A stretch of DNA of 62,953 nt, filler included, from Octopus bimaculoides (taxonomy: Eukaryota), in assembly GCF_001194135.2 (NCBI RefSeq). It is 6 parts of 5 records of this genome, joined end to end, with 100 filler letters (N's around TTAATTAATTAA, not from the genome) between each part and the next. Parts side by side here need not be neighbours in the genome. Positions count along the whole stretch, not along the records: positions 13,295 to 29,163 come from NC_068983.1; 5 more parts are not named here. One strand, written 5' to 3'. A model generated the notes under the pieces. That model searched no databases, had not been told where the DNA came from, and saw only the letters and a program-made list of their open reading frames with translations. Shown in pieces: positions 13,495 to 25,562 of this stretch (the first letter of the stretch is position 1; each line of letters opens with the position of its first letter). The position numbers and the translations under genes were made by a program.

Positions 13495-13865
13495 TCTTTA
13501 AATTCTGAGTTCAAATTCTGCCGATGTCGATTTTGCCTTTCATCCTTTCAGGGTCGATAAGTAAAATACCAGTTGCATACTGGGGTCGATCTAATCGACT
13601 GAGCTTCTCCCAAAAAATTTCAGGCCTTTTGCCTACAGTAGAAAGGATAATCAATAGCCTTTCTGAAGGTGGTGAACTGGCAGAACCGTTAGCACATTGG
13701 ACGAAATGCTTAGCGGTATTTCACCCGCCGCGGAGGTCTACTTTGCCTTTTATCCTTTCGGGGGTCGATAAATTAAGTATCAGTGAAATTCTAGTGTCGA
13801 TGTAATTGACTGGTCCCCTCCGCCAAAATTTCAGGCTTTGTGCCTATAATAGAAATCATTTTAAA
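13495..13865 (+). mobile_element. Two head-to-tail SINE family C copies, with a third degenerate head at ~13880
   Basis: gttcaaattctgccgatgtcgattttgcctttcatcctttcagggtcgataa (13511-13560) and ggtggtgaactggcagaaccgttagcac..tatcctttcgggggtcgataaattaag (13668-13777). Confidence 0.85.
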
Positions 13866-14320
13866 AAGTCTTTCTGAATGCGCCGAGCTGGCTGAAGGAT
13901 TATTAAACATCTTTCCATAATGCTTTACGGTAAGGCCGTGGCTTTTTGGGGTGAATGGTATCAGTTGATTAGAGGAAGCTCGATATCTCACTAGGACGCA
14001 TTTAATCGATGCTGAAGATACGAAAGGCAGCGTCAAATTGGTAGGGTTTTGACAGTAGCAATATGAATAAACATAAATATCTTCAGACAGTTATTGTTTC
14101 ACTCTAACTTAATCACCATTTCCTTTTAAACATATAATTCAGCATTAACGTTAACGTTGGTCGACGTCTTGTAATATTAATGCCGTTACGTCATTTAGAG
14201 CTGTCTTCGCCGATTTAACTGAAGCAAATTTTATTGAGATTTGAAACTGGTCTTGCCGATTAGATCCACTGCGGTCTCCCCATTACACACAAAAGTCTAA
14301 AATTCATGACACTATATATA

Positions 14321-14361
<41 letters not shown>

Positions 14362-14495
14362 ATATATATATGTGTGTGTGTATGTGTGTGTGTGCNNNNN
14401 NNNNNNNNNNNNNNNNNNNNNNNTTTTTTTTTTTTTTTTTTCAAATATATGTATACATGCATATTATCTAAATATATATACAAATGTATATACGA

Positions 14496-14535
<40 letters not shown>

Positions 14536-14724
14536 ATATATATATGTGTGTGTGTATGTGTGTGTGTGCGTATGCGTGTATGTGTGTATGCATATATACT
14601 GGCATAAGTACCTATCTTTATACATATTTATAGGCGTAGTTTATTCACAAAATATATGTATTTATATGCAATATTCTCATACAAATTCATACACATATAA
14701 ACTCTCTCTATGTCACTCTCACGC

Positions 14725-14784
<60 letters not shown>

Positions 14785-14798
14785 NNNNNNNNNNCACA

Positions 14799-14843
<45 letters not shown>

Positions 14844-17346
14844 ACACACACAGAGGCTCTTATATGCATAACAATTTTATTTATTCAACATTACGGTAGA
14901 ATAAGATTATTGGAAAAATTGTTCACTATAAGCATTCATATCTTACAAGCATATCTATATGCCGGGACGCACATACATGCAGAAATGCTTATTTGTTGAG
15001 TCTGTTTCAGTTATTTAATAATATCGAAGTTGCTTTCTAACTTTATGGGTATTATTGTTTTGCTTATATTATCTTTTTTCCTTATTTGGCGGATATAATA
15101 TTGATATTGTAGTTGTCACAAAAGGGTCAATGATAAAAATTGCAGACATATTATTCTGATGCGTTGTAATAAAACAAAGACAATTGTGATAGTTCCACAG
15201 TTTATTCCATGCATCGCCACGACTAACTGCAAAACAATTTATCATAGATAGCCGTAAGGGAAAATACTTATGGCTTTTTAACGTATGGGATGAGACGAGA
15301 AAATTGCTACCACAGCATATGTATATATGGAGTTCGTTGTAACGTTAAGCAGTAATTAGCTATAAAATCTCTACTAACAAACAAACAGAAATGAAGATGA
15401 ATAATTAAAAATCAGAAAAATCGGCAAATTTATACAAAAATATAAATTAGGAGAAAAAAAGAACTTCAGGTAAAAGTTATAAAATACAAGTAATAGTAAA
15501 TATAAATAAACATGTAAAATGCAATATATAAACAAGAAAATTGAAATACAAATAACAGAATACAAATGGCGAAAGAAAACTGACAAGTTTTCTTTTTTTG
15601 CGATCTAAATGAATTAAAATAAAGAAATAAAGAAATAAGTAAATTAACAAAGAAATAAGAAGAGAAAAATATAAAAGAAAACCACATGAATACAAAAGCA
15701 AAGATAAATAAAAGAAGACATATATAAGAAAACTAAATGAAACTACAGCTGTATAAAGCAGACGATAAAAGAAGCAAACCGTAGAATGGTGTGTGAGATT
15801 AGAAAACAAGATTTGTAGCTTTCTCTCTACTAACATAAAGAATGAAAACTAATGTCTAACTATCAATTTTACGACTTGAGTTGTGCTTACGAAGATTAAA
15901 TGAACGAGAATTGTGCTACATTACGAAGAGATTTAAGTAGCAAGAAAGAACAAAGATTTATACTGGCCGTATACGCAATCGTGGTTGTTTGAGACCGTGG
16001 TTAAAACATATCATTCGAAACGTATATTTCTTATGTTTGGACAGAAGACAATGTAAAAAAAAAAATTAAAAAAATAAACAAAGAAACAAAACCCAAAATT
16101 ACTCTGTGGAGTGAGGAAATAACAGACATTTCTGATCGGAGTCTTTTGCATTAGAAACAAATCGAATGACCTATTTTCCAATGATGATTTGCATTGCATT
16201 GACACTTCTTTTTATTGACCACACTACTGACTGGATAGCTTTATTGGTTATTTATTGATCTCAGTGTGAAGAAATGCGAATAGCAGCTTCTCAGAAAATA
16301 ATCTCAGAACGTAGAAGAATGAAAGTAATTACTAAGAAATCTAGGGTTGCACCGTTTCAGGCATTTCTTTACCCTTCAATCCGTCAATTGTTGCAGCGTG
16401 TGTTTCAGGAGTCTTGATGAATCACAAAATAAAATAAAATATTATATAACATATTGTACATATAATACAATATGGGACAATTACCAAGACACACTCAGAT
16501 TTCCTTAACTATAAAAGATATAAGCTATCTTTCAGTTGTGGTCTCCGCTTAACGATCACGCATTCAGTGAAGGCCAATAAACCGGCCACTCTAAATTGCC
16601 AGGCTTATTGAACAGCAGTGATTCCTTTTCAGCTCGAACGTCATTTAGAAGTAGTACTTGAATACATTAAGGATAGTTCAGTAATTTTCTTTCACTTAGA
16701 GAAGAATACTTACTATCTGGACTTTCTACTGAAAGGTCTATAGAGGACCATATTTACAAGGAGTACTGCTGAGAGCCGAAGCATAATTCTAAAGACATTA
16801 AATGAGTGCTTGCAAAACGGTTTGTTCCAGGTTTATGCGTGTGGGATAGGCCTTTGCTCATTATGTATTAGATTGGAGAAGATTTAAAAACGTTCTTTCT
16901 TGGATGCATGGTAAGATATAAACTGTGACCTGGATAGAACTGACAGGTTAAAACATGTCTGAGCGTCAAAGCTAAAGTTAAAAGAGTAACAATAATATTA
17001 TCAGCAACAAAAAGATTGACAGAATCTGCAATAAAAATTAACAACTGCTGCATTATTAGCGACAACAACGGCAGCAACTTAAATTATTGAAGATGACATC
17101 CTGGCCTTGGTCGTCTTCTTTCCCCTTTTCGACATAATTATAAAGCAGTTGTCAGATGACTTTAAACATGCAGAGACAGTATGGTGTAGTAACGATTGCG
17201 TTTGTGAATGAGAAAGAGGTTAACGATGTTTGGAATGACTGTTCGTCTGTCAGAGATGGATTTAAAAGATGAGACTTGTTAATGTGAGGAGTTGAGAATT
17301 GCGAAGGATTCATTTTCCGCATCAGTACAATCTATCAGTAGGGGAT

Positions 17347-17404
17347 GAGTTGAAAATGTTGAAGGAGAGTTGAAAATGTTGAAGGAGAGTTGAAAATGTT
17401 GAAG
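17347..17404 (+). repeat. 20-bp minisatellite x ~3 (gagttgaaaatgttgaagga)
   Basis: Directly visible perfect copies. Confidence 0.9.
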
Positions 17405-17549
17405 TTACCGGGAATTATATGAATTATGGAGGGATTATGTTTTTGATAAAAGTAGCCAAATAATTCGGAAACGTATCAAAGGGATGAATTTTGTTAAGAT
17501 CAAACAATGATCCAGAGCAAATGGAAATATTTATTACTAATATCCAAGA

Positions 17550-17587
<38 letters not shown>

Positions 17588-18374
17588 AGGTGAATAACGA
17601 GAAGAGATGGATCTACATACATGCAGACACTAATTTTCGGGGTGAAGTTTGGATATAGAGAATTGACTAGACTGTACGATATTAAATACATAAAGTTTCA
17701 AAGATTTGTGACACTGAAGAGGAATAGAATGTTGAGTTTGTGTATTCAGATGTAATATTTGGGGATCTAGCTTGAATCGGAGTGAGTCAATGGTTGTTAG
17801 AAAGAAAAGACGAAGGCAAATTTTTTAGAGGACTTGTGTTTTAGTCTTTGGCATCTAGCTAAGTGCAGAAAATATGAGTGAGCTTGAGGTCCCGATAGCC
17901 GAACTTCAAATTCATCTGCACTCCTTGATGTGAGGTCGTATGAAAGAATAGATGTTTTCACGCAGGTTTCATAGTTGCTGTTATTTGCGGCGGGGGGGGG
18001 GGAATCTACGCCAAGCCTTCTGAATTAATAAATACTTACTGTCGTTAGGTGTCTTATATTTGACAGCTGACAGATCATAGGATTTATTAATTTGGAAAAT
18101 TGGTGTAGAGTTGTTATAGTCTTGCAGTAGTTATATATATAACGAGCAAAAATGTTCTTTGCGATAGATACTGGAAAAATAAATTAACAAATATATGTTG
18201 AACAGATATTCTTAGGTTCTTGCAGCTATTGATCGAGAGAGTGTAACTCATTCCTACGTTTCAAAATCAGAAAAAAAAAGAATCATATGGTATAAGTGTG
18301 TGTGAGTATGTGTGCGTTAGAGAGGGAGTGTAAGAGAAAGAGGGGGAGGGAACCTTCCACAGTTTCTGTCTATC

Positions 18375-18487
18375 AGATTCTCGCAGAAAGCATTGGTTTG
18401 TTCGTGTCGCTCAGTAGATTGAACCAGAAACTATGTAGTTTCAGTGAATGTTTCCTAACCACACAGCCATGCCTGCACCTATGCCTG
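18375..18487 (-). mobile_element. Decayed SINE family A head
   Basis: Minus ggtgcaggcatggctgtgtggttaggaaac..tagtttctggttcaatctactg. Confidence 0.55.
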
Positions 18488-18747
18488 TGCGATATGTGTA
18501 TATGACTAAGTGTATATGTGTATATTACGATCGGGAGTTGAGCGTTTGTATGTTTATGAGATTGGGCTGAAAAACAAAATTGACAAAAACAACGAAAGGA
18601 GGACAGAAAAGGAGAAATATCTGGATGGAGGGAAACATAGATACGTCTGTTGAAAAGAAAGAGGGGTAGATAAAGGAGGAGAAAAGAAGCAGAGAGAGAG
18701 AGAAGGAGAGAGAAGCAGAGAGAGAGAGAGAGAGGGAGAGAGAGAGG

Positions 18748-18797
<50 letters not shown>

Positions 18798-19498
18798 CTG
18801 CGCGAGAGGGAAGGATATGGGGAAAGAAAAAATTGAAATAGAAAGCAGAAATTGTAATCATGTGACCAAATGGAAAGCGTAGACTTGATATCACGTGACC
18901 AATAAACACGAGAAGAGAACCCATTATATATTATAAAAGGTTATTGATGTTTTGCGGTATATCATACCGGTAATTTCACGCTGATGTTAGTTATACATTA
19001 AACAAATTTAAAGAAAATATTAAGTACGGAAAAGAAATTAGTGCTAGCTCAATTTCAATACGAGCGTTTGACGTTGTTACATCATAAATCTGAAATAAAA
19101 TCAATCATATGTAATGGCAGTTACATACATACATACATACATACAAATACATATGTATGTATGTATATATATGTATATATNNNNNNNNNNNNNNNNNNNN
19201 NNNNNNNNNNNNNNNNNNNNNNNNNNNNNNNNNNNNNNNNNNNNNNNNNNNNNNNNNNNNNNNNNNNNNNNNNNNNNNNNNNNNNNNNNNNNNNNNNNNN
19301 NNNNNNNNNNNNNNNNNNNNNNNNNNNNNNNNNNNNNNNNNNNNNNNNNNNNNNNNNNNNNNNNNNNNNNNNNNNNNNNNNNNNNNNNNNNNNNNNNNNN
19401 NNNNNNNNNNNNNNNNNNNNNNNNNNNNNNNNNNNNNNNNNNNNNNNNNNNNNNNNNNNNNNNNNNNNNNNNNNNNNNNNNNNNNNNNNNNNNNNNNN

Positions 19499-19538
<40 letters not shown>

Positions 19539-19604
19539 GTGTGTGTCTACGTATGTATATATATGTGTGTATGTGTATGTATAAAAATGTATACATATAT
19601 ATGC

Positions 19605-19648
<44 letters not shown>

Positions 19649-21096
19649 TTGTATGTGTGTGTGTGTGTGTATCTATATATGTATGGATACATCATTACGA
19701 GTAAATCTCTAAGAGAAAACAATTTTAACATTTTAAAAAATACACTAAATACATGTTGCCGAATATATTCCATCTAAATTTCTCTATAAAAAAGACACGT
19801 AAAAACCTTTTTCATTATATTATCCTATCATCTTCCAGGAATATAGAAATATACCGAGTTTTTGTATTGATTCCATTTTCACTTATTAAAGTTTCAGTCA
19901 TGTCGAAGAACAATTATATTTTGGGCTTTGAAGACTTTTTTTGTGTAATCACTTGATTAATACTTTACGCTTAAATAAAAGTATATTGCATTTTCAAGTC
20001 TTCTTTTGTATTAAACATAATGTGTTAGATTTCCTTACAAACTATCGTTAAGGATTCCGCCGTGGCAATATTATGTATATAGTAAGGAAATTATGTAAAA
20101 ATAATGTTATTCATATGTAGACTTCAATATTTTTAAGCAAGTATTTCTATTAACATCACGAATCTAATCCAATAAACGATTTAAGAATAAGGATCAAAAG
20201 AAAGACTTTTAACGCAAGTCATTTACATTTACGCTGTAAGGAAACGAAATGGAGGATCGAATCTTTATTTATAATATTAATATTTCTAAATGTCATCATT
20301 ATATTTGCTGTTAAGAAAATGTTTCGTTTCACGATTGTAAAAAGAAAAGTATTCAAACAAATATAAAGGTGAAAAGTTTAAATTTTGTTTCAGAAATAAT
20401 TTTAACAAACACAAAGGCCTTTTATAATGCTGTCCTGTAGCATTAACATAATTTTCAAAAGAATCAGAAAATTTGTTTGGGAAGTCATAAGAAAATATTA
20501 TTGAATACTGATAATAAATAAATTCTATAGAAAAATCTATAATGCCGGTGTGTTTGATAATATGGTACAATATGAATAATGTGCGGAAGACAAGAATGTG
20601 TTTTAAGTAAATATTTTTAGCAATGGAATTTGATTCTCAATCCTTTATCTTGAAGTCCATAGGAGAATAATAGTCTAAAAGAAAACGTCAATAACTACTG
20701 TTTGAGCAAGTGAAACTATTATCACCTAACCAATCAAAGAAGACTATATTATATTCATAATTTGCAAGTACATTTGCTATGTCGGACATGTTAAAATAAA
20801 CTGTAGACTGAATATATCGCATAACGTGAAGAATGATTTTACCTTTATGTTTGTAGGTATTAAGAATTAATTTGATCTGTTGTCTTTGTGGCTTTTGGAC
20901 ATCATTCATTCAACACCGAATGTTGTGCGGCCTATATCTTTAACATAAGAAGTAAGGAACGTCGATATATCAATATTTCCTACGAATGTATAACGTATTT
21001 CTATCGCCAGCCATAGGTATTTCATTTCCAGTACATTCTAATGCAATTCTGAAGACCATGAATCTTTAGAGACATCAGTTTTTCACTTACTTATTA

Positions 21097-21322
21097 TCCT
21101 CTTTTACTTGTTTCAGTCATTTGACTGCGGCCATGCTGGAGAACCGCCTTTAGTCGAGAAAATCGACCCCAGGACTTATTCTTTGTAAGCTTAGTACTTA
21201 TTCTATCAGTCTCTTTTGCCGAACCGCTAAGTTTCGAGGACGTAAACACACCACCATCGGTTGTCAAGCGATGGTGGAGGGAAAAACACAGACACACAAA
21301 CACACATACATACATACATATA

Positions 21323-21366
<44 letters not shown>

Positions 21367-21531
21367 CACATCGGGCTTCTTTGAGTTTCCGTCTAGCAAA
21401 TCCACTCACAAGGCTTTGGTCGGTCCAAGGCTATAGTAGAAGACACTCGCGCAACGTGCCACGCAGTGGAACTGAACCCGAAACCATGTGGTTGGTAAGC
21501 AAGCTACTTACCACACAGCCACTCCTGCGCC
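21097..21531 (-). mobile_element. Full-length SINE family A
   Basis: Minus ggcgcaggagtggctgtgtggtaagtagcttgcttaccaaccacatggtttcgggttcagttccactgcgtggc, internal TA/TG tract, tail gaaacaagtaaaagag. Confidence 0.92.
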
Positions 21532-24500
21532 TAAATATTATCGGTCGAAGAAATTATTACTCTAAGTTAGAAGCAGGTAAAAATCACATTAACTGTAATG
21601 AACTATATCTAATGAATGAAATGTGACACATTTTCACCAAATTTGAACAACAATATCGGAGGTGTATCTTCCAGGCAAATGATTTTGTTTTTGCGATGGT
21701 GTCTTGAAACTAAAACGGTTATAGCTATTGAAAAAGATCTCTAGTGTTACCTTCACTTAAACACTTATTATTTGGTCACTGACGCGATTCTACAGCATCC
21801 CTGAAGTGGAACTGCGCCAGCGATCAGTTCCGCAAGTGGTGCTACGAAACATTTGACATCCAATGATGTTTAAGAAAAGTTATCATGTGTCTTCCACGCT
21901 GTAAATGTAACCCAGAATCTTCTTAACTAACAAGAAGCTGTTTAACAATCTCTCATGATGGAAGAATATCAAAAATCACTCATCCACGATAGCATTAGCA
22001 TCTAAGACTCCTTCAGAAAACGCTTAAGACGCATATTTCTTCTTCCACCTCAAGCAAAAGCTTCAAAGCTTAATATGAAGTATATAAATTAGCCAATATA
22101 ATCTTTCACACAAACTTTCACACCTGCCAATACGGTGGACTCTTCTAGTCATAAGACCAGTTATAGCGCTAATGATCTATAATAATATTAAAACTCAGAG
22201 AAATATATGAAATTTATGGATAAAAGAAGGCATTACAAATCAACCGCTGCGAACCAAAAGGTATTAAACAAAGCAGACTGACTAATCTAGTCCCACACAC
22301 AGGCAGAATACAACACAATTGTCCTCATTTCGCCCCCACACACATACCCACAAGACAGCAGATTTCTGAAAAAGAACGAAATCTCGTTGAACACAATATT
22401 TAACCTTGTTTTCAATCAACAACAGGAAGTCATTTTAACTCATAGTCCTGAAGCAAAAGACCAAACCAAATATCATACATTTTCCTCACATTTTCTTTAG
22501 ATATATTACTTACTTGAAATAGATATAAAAGTTATAAATTTTTTTTGAGATAAATGTTCCATTATTTTTGTTCTTGTATATATATCAGATCATACTCCAA
22601 GCATATTTCAATGTTATGCATTTTATATTGCGACTTACAAAGAATAACGATATTGGTCACAGACACCCAAGGGGATTTAACTGTATTTCCGTCGAATATG
22701 AGACACCGCTGAAGTGATTTGTGAATTCCACCCCCCTCTCTCTCTCTACTTGTTATTTTTTATCTTTATAACACAGCACGTCCATAAGAAATATTATCTC
22801 AAGACAACGACCACAGTAACTGGCCTTTCAACAGTATGTATACATTAAGCATGATATACAGATGGCTATCTTAATTAAATTCTACCTAAATTGTTTATAA
22901 TGGATATACTTGCATCTTCGAAATTCCATTTAGAAGGCATTGACCAACCTCAGGAATCGACAGTAAAATGTTTGATCAAATTGCATCTAAGTTAAATTGA
23001 ATTGACATTCAAGAAGTCGCAGAGAATCTTTTCTTTTTGGTTCCACCAACCTTGAAACAAAAGGTTAAATATAGATTTCTAACACTGGGACACAACACTG
23101 ATGAAATGGATGTTCAAATATGTGCTCTGATCGATTCTTTACCTGAATAGTCGACACAGTATTTCACTGATTAAATAAAACAATGTATCCAAGGAAATTA
23201 TAGGACAATATATTCAAAGGAAATTCGAATAATCTTGGCGTTATTCAGAAAATATCTTGGGAAGATACAAGCAAAGAAAAAAAGAGGATAAATATAAAAT
23301 ACACAGCTAACAAGAATACAAAGTCAATGTAAAGGAAAGGAAAGGGAAATGGTAGTTGAAACTGTTGTTCATTTGTATGCGAGAAAGAAGAAAAGAAGGA
23401 TGCAACGGGAACTAAAATACTTGTTGGGTCTGAGATAAAACGTGTTACATGAGCAGACAGGAAGTGAGTGTCGTGAAGGAGGTTTTATTTTAGTAGCAAA
23501 GAGGGAAATAGGCGTGACACAGGTGCGAAAGAATGTAGCGAATTATGTGTGAAAATTGTTTATGTACATATGTGAGTGGTTGAACGAATAGAGATTGGAG
23601 TGTGAGTACCTCCTGTTCATTGTTGTGTGTGTTTGAATGTACATAATAGTGAAGAATAAATGTTTTGGGATGGTGACATATATGTGTGAGTGTATATGAT
23701 GGCTGGTTGGAGTTGTGTAAATTTATAGGAAGAAAAGAGGTGAGAGTGGGTGTGAAGTGTCGCCTTGTGTGCATGCATTCAGGGAATAAATGCATGGGGT
23801 GCATCGAACTAGATCTGAGTAGGGTGGTGTTATTTTGTTCAGAATATTACTACGGATTGAGGTAATCTTTCCAAATCATGGACGCCTTTCCTGCTTCTCC
23901 CCAAAATTTACATATATTACTAGCATTGAACAGTGTAGTATAGAGTATTTAAAGGAAATTAATGAGGAGTTGACTGACAATTTTGTCGTGCATTTGTGGG
24001 CATCCGTACCAACAGCATCCAACCACTCTGTTCTGTAACCTGCCACTGCAAATCTCTTCTGTAACCTGCCGATTCAAATCACTTCAAATTCCAACCAGCA
24101 TCTGTGGGATTAGGCCATTCAATAGAATTGCAAATTTCTGACTTTTATCGAACAGCAGTTAATCTTCTGATTAAACACATCTGTCACTGCCGCTATCTAA
24201 ATAGTTGAATAGTTCACTAACAACTAAGTTGATACAACATTGCGTATATGACTGTTCAAAGCTGATAATGAACGAAGCGTACCAAGAGAAGAGTGAGGGA
24301 GTAATCATCCCTAAACTCTGAGAAATATTGCTATGCTGTTGTGTAAGAATTATCGGTCATCGAATAACGTGTGTTATAATTGCTGGAACGATCTATTTAG
24401 GATTACAGAGATACCACATTGACATACGGGTGATTATTTACAGTAGATTATGTAGGACGGAAAACTCAGCCGAGAACTATATAACTAATGCATACTGACT

Positions 24501-24889
24501 TTAAGTAGGTACTGCAAGGTGATGTAATTAATATATATCAGAAGGCACTATAAGGTGATAGGTTTCGTGTAGCAATAAGTAGATACCACGGCTAATGAAG
24601 CATACGATTTTGTTCTTCATGTTATTGTGTGCGGACAGAGGGTGAGTTGAAACGTTCATAGGTTGATTATGAAGGAGTGATACAAGAAAAAAGAAATCTT
24701 GCATGCATTAATTTCATCTTTGATTATTAATAACTGCCTGACTGTTCATAGAAAACTTTAAAAGTAACTAGTACGAGCATATGGCGTAGTGGTTAAGAGC
24801 GCAGCCTACTAACCCCAAGATTCCGATTTCGATTCCAAGCAGTAAAATGAAAACTAATAATAATAATAATAATAATAATAATGATGATG

Positions 24890-24943
<54 letters not shown>

Positions 24944-24945
<2 letters not shown>

Positions 24946-25446
24946 CACACGCCAGAAAAGGTCACAGAAAACGAGAAAGCAACTATACTCTGGGATATGC
25001 CAATACACACAGATAGAGAAATTAAGGCAAATAGACCAGATATACTTGCCAAAGATCATGAAGAAAAAAATGGTTTCTAATTGATGTATCAATACCAGCA
25101 GATGANNNNNNNNNNNNNNNNNNNNNNNNNNNNNNNNNNNNNNNNNNNNNNNNNNNNNNNNNNNNNNNNNNNNNNNNNNNNNNNNNNNNNNNNNNNNNNN
25201 NNNNNNNNNNNNNNNNNNNNNNNNNNNNNNNNNNNNNNNNNNNNNNNNNNNNNNNNNNNNNNNNNNNNNNNNNNNNNNNNNNNNNNNNNNNNNNNNNNCT
25301 GGGTACTGCACACATTCTACGCAAAACACTTTCAATACAGTAAACATAGGAGCACCACAGCAAACCACAGCACATACCCAAGGCGCACAGAGCTGCGCTC
25401 GGTAGTGAAGTGAAAGCACGTTATAAAAATAAAACTACTGAACAAT
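24944..25446 (+). mobile_element. R4/Dong-type LINE 3' fragment (type 2) inserted in the SINE's TAA tract; partly gapped
   Basis: KHTPEKVTENEKATILWDMPIHTDREIKANRPDI..LIDVSIP [gap] LGTAHILRKTLSIQ*, 3' UTR, TAA tail. Confidence 0.88.
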
Positions 25447-25516
25447 AATAATAATAATAATAATAACATCGAAAAAATACCTTAGAAATGAGAACCCAGG
25501 TTCGAAATTTCCCCAA

Positions 25517-25562
25517 GACACCTGAAGAAGGCTGGAGGTTATATCAGCCGAAACGGTGTGTT
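25517..25562 (+). ncRNA. Hammerhead-like motif, one core substitution
   Basis: gacac-CTGAAGA-a-ggctg.gaggttatat.cagcc-GAAAC-GGT-gtgtt. Stems I and II pair, but the position that should be U16.1 is G. Confidence 0.5.

Noticed and set aside
15370-15840. A-rich purine-skewed tract with F/L/Y-rich antisense ORFs (similar at 42650-43070, 47280-47500, 48180-48430)
   Set aside because: Degenerate low-complexity DNA; the hydrophobic ORFs are compositional artefacts.
23098-23150. CTGATGA followed by possible stem
   Set aside because: No GAAA or stem III/I partner downstream.
23490-23804. His/Thr-rich 104-aa ORF
   Set aside because: Compositional bias from GT-rich low-complexity DNA; no domain recognised.
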